Origin: Deferribacterales bacterium
GTDB taxonomy: Bacteria > Chrysiogenota > Deferribacteres > Deferribacterales > Geovibrionaceae
Assembly (NCBI GenBank): GCA_050251875.1
Contig: JBFWMA010000004.1
Coordinates: forward strand, 64,001-128,000
Length of the DNA: 64,000 nt
Direction of reading: 5' to 3'
The notes beneath the pieces were generated by a model that was not told where the DNA came from, did not search any database, and saw only the letters and a list, made by a program, of their open reading frames with translations. This document shows, piece by piece, positions 9,730 to 19,609 of this stretch. The translations under genes and the position numbers were made by a program. The first letter of the stretch is position 1. Each line of letters starts with the position of its first letter.

Positions 9730-11337
9730 ATGAAGATATCAGGGAATATAGTCAACATCGAAAGGCGTGAGATTTTCCCGGGTACCGTGACAGTGGAGAA
9801 CGGGAAAATCATTGAGATATCAAAGGATGACGCTGTTTATGACAGATACATCCTTCCACCGTTCATCGACTCCCATGTTCATGTGGAAAGCTCCATGCTG
9901 ATTCCCACGGAATTTGCCAGACTCGCCAGCGTTCACGGCACCGGAGCGTGTGTGAGCGACCCGCACGAGATTGCGAACGTTCTGGGCGCAGAGGGCGTTT
10001 ATTTCATGCTGGACAACGCCGGAAAGACTCCTTTCCGGTTCTATTTCGGCGCTCCGTCATGCGTTCCCGCCACTCCTTTTGAAACAGCGGGCGGCAGGGT
10101 CACTTCCGAAGATATCGAAACCATGTTTCAGGACAGCCGGATAAAATATCTCAGCGAAATGATGAACGTTCCCGGTGTGCTTTTCGATGATGAAACCGTT
10201 AAAACGAAAATCGATCTGGCGAAAAAATCCGGCAGACCAGTGGACGGACACTCGCCCATGCTGACAGGAGATGATCTCAGAAAATATATAAGTGCCGGAA
10301 TCACTGCCGATCACGAGGCGATCACTCTTTTCGAGGGCAGAGAGAAGATAGCTCTGGGGATGAAGATACAGATCAGAGAGGGTTCAGCGGCGAAAAACTT
10401 CGAGGCCTTGTATCCTCTGCTGAACGAGAGTCCGGAGATGTGCATGCTGTGCAGTGACGATCTGCATCCGGACAATCTGACGGAAGGTCACATCAATCTG
10501 CTGGTGAAACGGGCGGTGAAAGAGGGTGTAGACGTGTTCAATGTCCTCACTGCCGCCTGCGTGACACCTGTCAGACACTATGATCTGGACTGCGGGCTTC
10601 TGAACGAAGGCGACAGCGCAGACATGATAGTGGTGAACAATCTGGAAGAATTCCGTGTGTCTGAGGTATATATAAAAGGAATAATCTGCTCCGGAGACGG
10701 CGAGCCCTATCTGGAAAATATCCGAGAGGCGCATATGAACCGCTTCGAGGCTGTGGAGAAACAGCCGGAAGATTTTCTGGTGAGGGCGGAGGGCGCTCTG
10801 GATGTGATAACGGTCACTGACGGACAGCTGGTGACCGGCAGGGAGAAGGCGGAACCCAGAACAAAAGACGGATATGCCCTGAGCGACACGGAGAGGGATA
10901 TCCTAAAAATAGCCGTGATAAACAGATATGCCGATGTCCCGCCGGCTAAGGCTTTTGTTAAAAACTTCGGACTGAAGAACGGAGCTTTCGCCTCCAGCGT
11001 TGCCCACGACTCGCATAATATCATATGTGTGGGAACGGACGACAGGAGCATGGCGAGAGCGGTTAATATAGTGATAAAAAACAGCGGAGGGCTGTCGTTC
11101 GTCTCCGGCGCTGCGGAGATGGAGCTGGCTCTGCCCGTTGCCGGGCTGATGACGGACGCTGACGGCTATGAGACGGCTGAACTCTATAAGAACATCGACA
11201 GGGCTGTTAAAGACGCCGGATGCGCTCTGAGCGCTCCTTTTATGACATTGTCATTCATGGCTCTGCTGGTGATTCCCGCTCTGAAGCTGAGCGATAAGGG
11301 ACTTTTTGACGGTGAGTCTTTCAGTTTTGTGGATTGA
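9730..11337 (+). CDS. ade: Adenine deaminase
   Basis: DSHVHVESS, SDPHEIANV, SCVPAT, EMMNVPG, SSVAHDSHN. Confidence 0.95.
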   Translation: MKISGNIVNIERREIFPGTVTVENGKIIEISKDDAVYDRYILPPFIDSHVHVESSMLIPTEFARLASVHGTGACVSDPHEIANVLGAEGVYFMLDNAGKTPFRFYFGAPSCVPATPFETAGGRVTSEDIETMFQDSRIKYLSEMMNVPGVLFDDETVKTKIDLAKKSGRPVDGHSPMLTGDDLRKYISAGITADHEAITLFEGREKIALGMKIQIREGSAAKNFEALYPLLNESPEMCMLCSDDLHPDNLTEGHINLLVKRAVKEGVDVFNVLTAACVTPVRHYDLDCGLLNEGDSADMIVVNNLEEFRVSEVYIKGIICSGDGEPYLENIREAHMNRFEAVEKQPEDFLVRAEGALDVITVTDGQLVTGREKAEPRTKDGYALSDTERDILKIAVINRYADVPPAKAFVKNFGLKNGAFASSVAHDSHNIICVGTDDRSMARAVNIVIKNSGGLSFVSGAAEMELALPVAGLMTDADGYETAELYKNIDRAVKDAGCALSAPFMTLSFMALLVIPALKLSDKGLFDGESFSFVD

Positions 11338-11953
11338 GCCCTGAGTATACGTCAAAAGCGTCTTCCATAGCGCCTGACTTGATCCCCAGATAGGGGAAAT
11401 GCCCGTACCACAGGCTCAGGTTCTCTTCTCTGGATTTGTCCGGATTCTCATTTTTCACGGTGTACATATACAGCGCCGTTGCCAGACCTGTTCTGTCTGA
11501 CCCGCCCATGCAGTGTATCAGAATGGGTTTAGGGGCGTTTCTGACCGTATCCACGAATCTCTGCATATCATCCGCCGGGGGCTGGTTTCTGGACGACCAC
11601 TGAAAATCGTAATGGGCTATGCCCAGCTTTTCAGATACCGCCAGCTCGTCTTTATACCACTGCTTTTCCGGTTTTGCGCCACGCAGGTTTATTATGGTCT
11701 TTATGCCGTATTTGCCGTGTATCTTTTCCACTGTCTCCGGTGTCGGCTGGGCGCTGCGGTAGAGCTCGCCCTCCACCACGGTGAAAAAGTTTCCGCCCAT
11801 GAACACATACCAGAACCATACGCAGAAGAGTATCAGAAAGACGGAGACGGCTGAAAGCAGGGTGTGTTTTAAACGGAATTTAATACGCAAAAGATTTTCC
11901 TCTATATCTGTTTCATTAGAGACAAGTATAGTTAGATAAAGTTTAAAATCCAT
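11321..11953 (-). CDS. Membrane-anchored protein-tyrosine/dual-specificity phosphatase
   Basis: LYRSAQP, INLRG, HCMGGSDRTG (CX5R); start uncertain. Confidence 0.85.
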   Translation of the reverse strand: MDFKLYLTILVSNETDIEENLLRIKFRLKHTLLSAVSVFLILFCVWFWYVFMGGNFFTVVEGELYRSAQPTPETVEKIHGKYGIKTIINLRGAKPEKQWYKDELAVSEKLGIAHYDFQWSSRNQPPADDMQRFVDTVRNAPKPILIHCMGGSDRTGLATALYMYTVKNENPDKSREENLSLWYGHFPYLGIKSGAMEDAFDVYSGLNPQN

Positions 11954-11954
11954 G

Positions 11955-11989
11955 AAAAAAAAAGACCCGTGTTTTCACACGGGTCATTT
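11955..11989 (-). terminator. Intrinsic terminator of the yceI-like gene
   Basis: GACCCGTG/CACGGGTC stem next to an A9 tract. Confidence 0.75.
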
Positions 11990-11996
11990 GATTATG

Positions 11997-12584
11997 TTAT
12001 TTCTTCGGGGTCATCTCCATGTCGATGGTTATCCTGACCTCGGTGCCCACCTGAAGCCCGCCGTTGTCCATCAGCCCGTTCCAGCTGACGCCGAAATCGT
12101 TTCTGTTGATAACGGTGTAGGCTTTGGCGCCTCTGCGCTTATTGCCCCAGGGGTCTGTGATCGCCTCTGTGGGGCCTTCCACCTTCAGCACCACCTCTTT
12201 TGTGACGCCCCTGATAGTCAGGTCGCCTGTGACAGCCAGCGTTCCGTCAGGATTCTTTGTCACCCTTTTAGAAACGAAGGTCATTTTATTATATTTTTCC
12301 AGATCGAAGAAATCCGCCGTTTTCAGGTGGTTGTCACGCTGTGCCACTCCTGTGTTTACAGAAGCAACGTCTATCTCCACCTTCACGGATGATTTGGTGA
12401 TATCCTTCTCATTCAGGCTCACCACGCCTCTCACCTCCGGAAACATTCCCTGAACATCCGACACCATCAGGTGTCTGACGCTGAAAAAAGCGTTAGTGTG
12501 ATATGTATCAATATTCCATTCGCCGGCATAGGCTGTGGCGCCGAGAGCAAAAACCGCCATAATGCTTAAAATGAACCGTTTCAT
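11997..12584 (-). CDS. yceI: YceI-family periplasmic lipid-binding protein
   Basis: Signal peptide; FSVRHLMVS, RDNHLKTADFFD, GDLTIRGVTK, DPWG. Confidence 0.92.
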   Translation of the reverse strand: MKRFILSIMAVFALGATAYAGEWNIDTYHTNAFFSVRHLMVSDVQGMFPEVRGVVSLNEKDITKSSVKVEIDVASVNTGVAQRDNHLKTADFFDLEKYNKMTFVSKRVTKNPDGTLAVTGDLTIRGVTKEVVLKVEGPTEAITDPWGNKRRGAKAYTVINRNDFGVSWNGLMDNGGLQVGTEVRITIDMEMTPKK

Positions 12585-12787
12585 GTCGTTCTCCTTTAAT
12601 CTGAGGTCTCTTAATGTTAAATTAATAATAAGGGCGGAATACGCAATAGGAAAAGAGGAGCGTAATTATCTGAATTTAATTTTGCGTTTGTTATAAATGT
12701 AGTGTAAAATAATGATATTTATTATTTAGAATATTTTATTTGTTCTGACGCGAATGATGAAATATAATAAAATAATATTCAAGCATT

Positions 12788-14839
12788 TTGCGGGGTACTA
12801 CTTTGCTGACGAAGATAGTGAATCTGAATGAGATCGACACTCTCAAACTGATCATAGACGCTCTGGACGCACTGGTCTATGTGGTGGAGCTGGATACATA
12901 TGAGATACTCTTTGCCAACAAAAAGTGCTATGAGGAGTTCGGCGATATCATAGGCAGACCCTGCTTCGAGGCTCTTCAGGTGGGGATGACGACTCCCTGC
13001 GGCGGATGCGTCTTCGCCGACGACACTTTCAAAGAGAACACATCCAACTATAAATGGGAGCACACCAACTCCCGAAACAAAAAAACATATCTTTTCAGCA
13101 CAAAGATGCTGAGCCTGAACGGCAGAAGGATAAAAATTCAGGTCGGAATAGACATATCCGAGCAGAAAAAGCTGGAAGCCGAGATCAACGAACAGCAGAA
13201 GAAACACATAGAGACGTTCGAGACGTTTACCAACGCCACTATAGAGGCGCTGATTATTTATGACAAAAACAAGAAATGTTATAAGGTGAATAAAGTCGCT
13301 CCGGAGATGCTAGGTTATACCGCTTCTGAGATGATCGGCATGGACGCTCTGGATTTCATAGCGGAAGAATCGCTGGAGCACGTCCGCACAGTGATACAAA
13401 ACCGCAATCAGGAACCCTATGAAGCCTACATGGTGAGAAAAGACGGGTCAAAATTTCCGGCTATCCTTCGCGGAAAGGACATCATGCTGAACAACAAGAC
13501 CATCAGGGTCTCAGCAGTCCTGGACATCACCGAGATAAAAGAGAAAGAGAAGCTGATTTCCAACCTCGCCTATTATGATTCGCTCACATCTCTGCCCAAC
13601 AGAGTTCTGCTGGAGAGACAGGTGGTTCAGCTGATATCAAAGACGCAGAGAACGAAGGTCTACTGCGCTATGATGTTCATAGATCTCGATCATTTCAAAA
13701 CAGTCAACGACACGAAAGGTCACATCATAGGCGACCAGATTCTGGTGGAGTGCGCCGCCAGGCTGAAGAGCATTACCAGAGGATACGACATTGTCGCCCG
13801 TTTCGGCGGCGATGAGTTTATCATCGTTATAGACACTCAGACCACAGATAAAGCCAAAGCGATAGACATGATAACCGCTGTGGCGAACAAGGTTATCAAA
13901 ACAATTAAAATGCCTTTCGAGATAAACAAAGACATTTTTCAGCTCAGCGCCAGTGTCGGCATAGTGGATTTCAACGACCAGCAGGACTTTGTGGAACTGC
14001 TGAAACTGGCGGACAGCGCCATGTACCATGCCAAAGACAACGGCAGGGACAATTTTAACTTTTTCAACCCCGATCTCCAAAGCGAGATACAGAGGAAGGC
14101 TCTGGTTCTGGAGAGGCTCAGGGACGCCATTCATAACAATAAACTTCAGGTACACTATCAGAAACAGGTGGACTGCTGTGAGAATGTCATCGGCGTGGAG
14201 GCTCTCGCCAGATGGAATGACGATGTGCTTGGAAGCGTGAGTCCGGCGGAGTTCATCCCCATAGCCGAGGAGAGCGGGCTGATAGTCCGGTTCGGCGAAT
14301 ATGTGCTGGATGAGGCGGGAAAACTGCTCGCCGAGTGGAGCACTGACGAGGAGAAGAAAAAATGGCGGGTGTCCGTGAACATCAGCCTGAACCAGTTCGA
14401 CAGAGAAGAGTTCGTCAGCCTTATCAGAAGCGTGGTGGAAAAATACAAAATTCAGGCGAACGTGCTCCGGCTGGAGATTACAGAAAGCCTGCTGTTGAAA
14501 AACGCCGAAAACGCCCTTAGAAAAATAGAATATCTGAAAAATTTCGGAGTGACTATCTCCATCGATGATTTCGGCACAGGCTATTCGTCTCTGTCATATC
14601 TGAAAAAACTGCCCATAGACGAGCTGAAGATAGACCAGTCTTTTATCAAAGATATTCTGACGGATGAGAATGACGTTACTATCGTTATGGCTATCATCGC
14701 CATCGGCAAAAAATTCGGCTTCGAGGTCATCGCCGAGGGTGTCGAGACAACGGAGCTGTATGAAAAGCTGAAAAGCATGGGCTGTGATTATTATCAGGGA
14801 TTTCTTTTTTCCAGACCATCGCCCAAGGAAACGCTTTAG
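12788..14839 (+). CDS. PAS-PAS-GGDEF-EAL diguanylate cyclase/phosphodiesterase
   Basis: RFGGDEF; EALARW; DDFGTGYSS. Confidence 0.93.
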   Translation: MRGTTLLTKIVNLNEIDTLKLIIDALDALVYVVELDTYEILFANKKCYEEFGDIIGRPCFEALQVGMTTPCGGCVFADDTFKENTSNYKWEHTNSRNKKTYLFSTKMLSLNGRRIKIQVGIDISEQKKLEAEINEQQKKHIETFETFTNATIEALIIYDKNKKCYKVNKVAPEMLGYTASEMIGMDALDFIAEESLEHVRTVIQNRNQEPYEAYMVRKDGSKFPAILRGKDIMLNNKTIRVSAVLDITEIKEKEKLISNLAYYDSLTSLPNRVLLERQVVQLISKTQRTKVYCAMMFIDLDHFKTVNDTKGHIIGDQILVECAARLKSITRGYDIVARFGGDEFIIVIDTQTTDKAKAIDMITAVANKVIKTIKMPFEINKDIFQLSASVGIVDFNDQQDFVELLKLADSAMYHAKDNGRDNFNFFNPDLQSEIQRKALVLERLRDAIHNNKLQVHYQKQVDCCENVIGVEALARWNDDVLGSVSPAEFIPIAEESGLIVRFGEYVLDEAGKLLAEWSTDEEKKKWRVSVNISLNQFDREEFVSLIRSVVEKYKIQANVLRLEITESLLLKNAENALRKIEYLKNFGVTISIDDFGTGYSSLSYLKKLPIDELKIDQSFIKDILTDENDVTIVMAIIAIGKKFGFEVIAEGVETTELYEKLKSMGCDYYQGFLFSRPSPKETL

Positions 14840-14850
14840 TCAGCCGTCCT

Positions 14851-16131
14851 TTATTTGCCCGACATCTCTATCAGCTTCAGCAGATATCTGGATTTTACCT
14901 GTTCGCTTGCCATCATGCGCTTGACCGGGGGCAGTTTCAACACAGCGCCCAGAACAGCCGCCATCGCTCTGTGGGAGAACAGAGCCCGGTTATCGAATAT
15001 CAGATGTTCCAGACCGCCCCGCTCCACAGCCATCATCACAGCTTTGTGCACGCCCGTTTCGGGGGTTATTATCCGTTTTTCTCTGGTTTTCAGCGTCAGA
15101 GCGTCTGTTTTGCATCCTCTCAGACACACGCCGCACCCCAGACATATTTTCTCATCCAGCTTAGCCAGTTTCTTTTTAGGTTTTTTCGGGTCGTTGGCGG
15201 AGACCATCGTCATTGCCTCCACAGGGCAGAGCTCAGCGCATTTTCCGCATCCGGTGCATTTTTCCGCCTCTATTTCCGGCAGAAAATATGAGGTGTGCAC
15301 AGGGTTCATAATGCCGAATTTCCGAGCGGCTATCATCGCCTCGCAGCAGCATCCGCAGCAGTTGCAGATGAAACTGACCTCGGTCTTGCTGTTTTCGCCG
15401 AACTGCACCAGATTGTGGTCGTATGCCTGCGCCAGCAGATCCATACACTCAGACACGTCTATCTGTCGGGCGTATCCGTGCCTTATCAGCGAACTGCCCA
15501 CGCTGTTGAACGTCATGCAGATGTCCATGGGCGCATCGCAAGCCATGCCCATGTGCTGCATCTTGTGACGGCAGTAGCACATGCTGACGCCTATGTGGCT
15601 GGCTGTTTTTATCACCTCTGTGGCTCTTTCGTAGTCGAGCACATAAAGATTGTTGTCTTCGGAAAGGAGGGATTCGTTGACGAATACACGCCCCAGCTGG
15701 GTCTCTCCGTTCACGAATAGATTTTTGATAAAATCTTCCTCCATATTCAGATATTGATGGTAGAGCTGTCCGAGGAGCGCCTGATCTATGTCGCCTCTGG
15801 TGCGCATCATGGAAAACTCGAAAAAACCTGCCATTGGAGGCGGGAGAACGTATGTCATTTCGCCGTTTTCTATGATGTCCAGAAGCAGAGCCCTGTCGCA
15901 GAGCAGATCGAGCTGTTTTTTCGCTTCCAGCTCGCTGACTTTCCATATTTCGGCGGCTGTTTTCGCTTTAAACGGCTTTATGGGTATCTGGGCGATGAGA
16001 GCCGCCTCTTTTTCCGTCATCAGAATTGAGAGTATTTTGTAAAGTGATTCGGACGCCGGAGCGCCCTGCGGAAATCTGTTGATTCTGCTTATCAGATCGC
16101 TGTATCCGTGTTTCGCTGTGTGATGTGCCAT
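14851..16131 (-). CDS. 4Fe-4S dicluster-binding protein
   Basis: CYCRH, ICNCCGCCC, CTGCGKCAELCP, CLGCGVCLRGC. Confidence 0.85.
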   Translation of the reverse strand: MAHHTAKHGYSDLISRINRFPQGAPASESLYKILSILMTEKEAALIAQIPIKPFKAKTAAEIWKVSELEAKKQLDLLCDRALLLDIIENGEMTYVLPPPMAGFFEFSMMRTRGDIDQALLGQLYHQYLNMEEDFIKNLFVNGETQLGRVFVNESLLSEDNNLYVLDYERATEVIKTASHIGVSMCYCRHKMQHMGMACDAPMDICMTFNSVGSSLIRHGYARQIDVSECMDLLAQAYDHNLVQFGENSKTEVSFICNCCGCCCEAMIAARKFGIMNPVHTSYFLPEIEAEKCTGCGKCAELCPVEAMTMVSANDPKKPKKKLAKLDEKICLGCGVCLRGCKTDALTLKTREKRIITPETGVHKAVMMAVERGGLEHLIFDNRALFSHRAMAAVLGAVLKLPPVKRMMASEQVKSRYLLKLIEMSGK

Positions 16132-16291
16132 AATAAAACCTCTTGCTTATTCAGTATAGCAGATGACTCGGTTTGAACGCTAACGAAAAAACACGCCGGA
16201 TTAAGCATGAATTTTAGAATTGTCTTCAGATTGTCACATGTTCACACCGAAGAAGTGATGTATAGTTAATTAAAATTGCACGGAGGCAGTT

Positions 16292-16429
16292 ATGAATACT
16301 TCAGACATGTCGCAGGAAGAGCTTGATCTCTGGTCGGATATAAACAATCCTAACAATGACGCGGATATGGACGACTGGTCGGACGCGCATAATCCTAATA
16401 ATGATTCGTATCTAGGCGATGACGATTGA
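16292..16429 (+). CDS. 45-aa acidic peptide with two DxWSDxxNPNND repeats (not in ORF track)
   Basis: GGAGG RBS; MNTSDMSQEELDLWSDINNPNNDADMDDWSDAHNPNNDSYLGDDD*. Confidence 0.7.
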   Translation: MNTSDMSQEELDLWSDINNPNNDADMDDWSDAHNPNNDSYLGDDD

Positions 16430-17750
16430 GAGGGAAGGGCAGAGTGATATGGAAAGCGAGTGCAGATATCCATCCATAGGTGAGTTCTGGAGCTTTATCT
16501 TTGAGAGTACCGGCATCTGGGCTCTTTCAGAGAAGAAGGGTTCGCTCCAGACTCGCCTCAGAAGGCTGGCTTCCGAAGAGTCTTTTTCACTGAGAAGCCA
16601 GTCTGATATAGAGCAAGAGCTCTTTGCGCTGCTTAACGGACTTTTTAAAGATGAGGAGCTGAGTTCCGCTGTCATGAGTCTAATTGATGAAGTTATGATG
16701 GCGTATACTGAGATTATTACTTCTTATATGGCGATGTACACGAAAGAGGAGAATATAAAATATCTCTTGTCTTGCCACGGGGTAGGGCGCTTGGCTTTGT
16801 CTGTCTGTAAACAGCTGGCAAAGCTGAAGAGGAACCGTATTCCGTTCGGCGGCGGGATAGACCTTTTTGTCCCTGATTTTGCTGAAGACGGGACGGTTGT
16901 TTATCCGCTGAGCAAGATGTTGTCGTTTTTGAACAATATTAACCTCAGCAGTAAAAGCGGAGCGGCGAGAGAACATGGATGGACGTCCGCTGATTCCGTC
17001 AGGAGATATCTGAACAGGCTCGATAAAGGGCACGGAAAGAGGAGTCTGGAAGATGTTTTTATTAAACTGAGACCTCTGCTTAGTTTTGATGCGAATCCGG
17101 AGATAGAAAATTATCTGAAATTTCTTGTCTTCATTGCTTATACCTCAGAGGGAATTTGTAAGAAAATCGATGATAAGCGCTTTCTGAGTGAGCTGGTGAG
17201 CGAGTTTGTCCGCCAGTTTCAGAATATTAACAGGGATCAATGGGATGATGCTGCCGACCGCTGGGCTTCTGATTTTCCGGTGCCGTATGATTTAACCGGG
17301 GCGGGTGCGGATCTGGATTATATCGATTCACTGTTCAGATCAAAAACCAACATTGATACATACAGGGAAAAGGTTGATCTTTTTAAGTTGAAATATAAAG
17401 AGACTATCGAAAGATATCCGTGGATATCAGCAGAGCTGGATTCTGACACGGCGTATCTGGAGAATGATTTTGACAGATCGAAGGAGCATATCCGCCGGGC
17501 GTTTGAGCTTGCGAAGTATTCTGCTGGCAGCGGCATACTGAGGGTTTTTGACAGAGCATTTGAGCTGAGCGCCAGATGCGGTGACAGAGAGCTGTTCCGT
17601 CAGGTGTATAAATGGGGGAAATATACTAAGAATATCAGAACCTTCGGCAATATTGACGGTTGTTATAAGATTTGTCTGAGTGGCGGATTATTTGTGATCG
17701 TGACGGATGATGACGCTTTTGAAAAGATATCGGAATATTATCGTAATTAA
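16419..17750 (+). CDS. Hypothetical helical protein, possible TPR-like C-terminus (start may be 16449)
   Basis: Long ORF; no catalytic motif recognised. Confidence 0.7.
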   Translation: MTIEREGQSDMESECRYPSIGEFWSFIFESTGIWALSEKKGSLQTRLRRLASEESFSLRSQSDIEQELFALLNGLFKDEELSSAVMSLIDEVMMAYTEIITSYMAMYTKEENIKYLLSCHGVGRLALSVCKQLAKLKRNRIPFGGGIDLFVPDFAEDGTVVYPLSKMLSFLNNINLSSKSGAAREHGWTSADSVRRYLNRLDKGHGKRSLEDVFIKLRPLLSFDANPEIENYLKFLVFIAYTSEGICKKIDDKRFLSELVSEFVRQFQNINRDQWDDAADRWASDFPVPYDLTGAGADLDYIDSLFRSKTNIDTYREKVDLFKLKYKETIERYPWISAELDSDTAYLENDFDRSKEHIRRAFELAKYSAGSGILRVFDRAFELSARCGDRELFRQVYKWGKYTKNIRTFGNIDGCYKICLSGGLFVIVTDDDAFEKISEYYRN

Positions 17751-17847
17751 CTCTGCTGACTGGGGATACAATTAGGCTCAGTTAAATAAATTATTTGTGA
17801 TATAATATCATATATACAACAAATTTTCTTATTTGCAGGAGCGCAAG

Positions 17848-19098
17848 ATGGATAAAATATCCCTTAAAGAGCTCGCATTTCCTCTGATTAAATCCATAGA
17901 TAGTTTTAATTATCTATTAAAATCTCACCAGAGAAGAACCGCCGTTATTTCATATCATCTGGGGCGTGAGCTCGGGCTGTCTCATGATGAAATGGTCGAT
18001 CTGGTTGTTGCGGCGGCACTGCACGACATCGGCGCTCTTTCTGTTCAGGAGCGGGACACGCTCATTCAGGAAGATGTGGAAAATCCTTCTCCCCATTGTC
18101 TTATGGGGTACAAAATGCTGTCTATGTTTGACCTGTTCGCCGATATAGCCTGGATCATCAGGCATCACCACATCAAATACGCTGACATGGACAAATATCA
18201 TGAAAAGGTGAAATTTCAGAGCCATATCATACATCTGGCGGACAGGGTGGATATTTATCTGTCGCCCGATCAGTTCATTCTGAACCAGAAAGCGGGTGTT
18301 ACTGAGTCTATACTCCAGAGAAAGGGCAAAATATTTCATCCGGACGTGTGCGATGCTTTTGTCAGAGCGTCCAAGCCGGATATTTTCTGGATAGAGATCA
18401 ATGCGCTCACCATGGAACAGCTTTTCGCCAGAATCGATTTCATCAGCACCATAGAGCTGACCAAAGAGCAGATAGAGCAGTTCGCCCTTACCATATCACG
18501 CATTATCGATTTCAGGAGCAGGTTTACCGCCGGACATTCTTTTACCGTGGGGCATCTGGCGAATTACATCGGGCATGTTCTGGGGCTGGATGAGGATACC
18601 TGCGACAAACTGCTGATAGCGGGATATTTTCACGATATCGGCAAAATAGGCATAGACACGAAATATATAGAGAAAGAGGGACCTCTCACTGAAGAGGAAT
18701 ATAACATGGTGAAACTGCACTGTTATTATTCCGGACAGATCCTGAGCGAGCTGAATTCATCCGCGTGGTTCCGGGATGTGGTGAAGTGGTCGCAGTATCA
18801 TCACGAGAGGATTTCGGGCGATGGGTATCCATTCAGCATCAAAGGGGATGAGATCGACACCGGAACGAGGATAATAGCGTTCTCGGATATGATATCGGCG
18901 CTGATGGAGGACAGACCCTACCGCATCCGGCTCAGCATAGACGATGCTTTCAAAATATTGGACAAATACGCCGAGGAGCACATCGACCCGTATATTTTGA
19001 AGGTGATAGATAAGCATAAGGCGGAGATTCAGCTTATTGTGGATGACTGCAAGGTGAAAGCCGAACGGTATTATGACGAAACCGTGGAGTATAATTAG
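17848..19098 (+). CDS. Tandem HD / HD-GYP phosphohydrolase
   Basis: LHDIG, FHDIGK, HHERISGDGYP, DRPYR. Confidence 0.9.
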   Translation: MDKISLKELAFPLIKSIDSFNYLLKSHQRRTAVISYHLGRELGLSHDEMVDLVVAAALHDIGALSVQERDTLIQEDVENPSPHCLMGYKMLSMFDLFADIAWIIRHHHIKYADMDKYHEKVKFQSHIIHLADRVDIYLSPDQFILNQKAGVTESILQRKGKIFHPDVCDAFVRASKPDIFWIEINALTMEQLFARIDFISTIELTKEQIEQFALTISRIIDFRSRFTAGHSFTVGHLANYIGHVLGLDEDTCDKLLIAGYFHDIGKIGIDTKYIEKEGPLTEEEYNMVKLHCYYSGQILSELNSSAWFRDVVKWSQYHHERISGDGYPFSIKGDEIDTGTRIIAFSDMISALMEDRPYRIRLSIDDAFKILDKYAEEHIDPYILKVIDKHKAEIQLIVDDCKVKAERYYDETVEYN

Positions 19099-19107
19099 AG
19101 ACAGTGG

Positions 19108-19133
19108 AAAGCACCCGAATGGGTGCCTTCTTT
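19108..19133 (+). terminator. Intrinsic terminator
   Basis: GCACCC-GAAT-GGGTGC followed by a T-rich tail. Confidence 0.6.
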
Positions 19134-19202
19134 ATGCGTTGCCATAATGAGAAATTAAGTGTTACAATGTTGATAATATGGTTATGGTTGGTGGTTAAGA
19201 AT

Positions 19203-19583
19203 ATGAACAGAAAAACTTTTATAGAATCATTAGGAGCAACCTGTAGAAATTGGTATTGGAGTTGGTCTTTTGTAAATCATGCAGAAAAATTTGTTATTTT
19301 TGGAGCATGGGAGCGGAGAGAAAATAAAGATGGTTGCGCATTGATTCTTTCTGATACTTGGAAGAAAGGTGATAATGGGCGTTTGCAAGCTGGATATACT
19401 CAAGCAATTGAGCATATAGGTCTTATTAAAGATAAGGGGTACATACTCAAAATCTTTATGATGGAATATTCTGAAGACAGAAAAGATAAAAATGGCAATG
19501 GTCCTGCCTGTATTAAATCTTTTAGTACTGAAACATTTGTTAGAAAGTTAAAATATGAAAATGAGCAGTGGTTTGCATGCTAG
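19203..19583 (+). CDS. AT-rich hypothetical protein resembling the N-terminal domain of an HNH endonuclease family
   Basis: MNRKTFIESLGATCRNWYWSWSFVNH...VIFGAW; no HNH motif present. Confidence 0.55.
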   Translation: MNRKTFIESLGATCRNWYWSWSFVNHAEKFVIFGAWERRENKDGCALILSDTWKKGDNGRLQAGYTQAIEHIGLIKDKGYILKIFMMEYSEDRKDKNGNGPACIKSFSTETFVRKLKYENEQWFAC

Positions 19584-19609
19584 GGTGATGCCTTGTTGTA
19601 AGTGCTATT

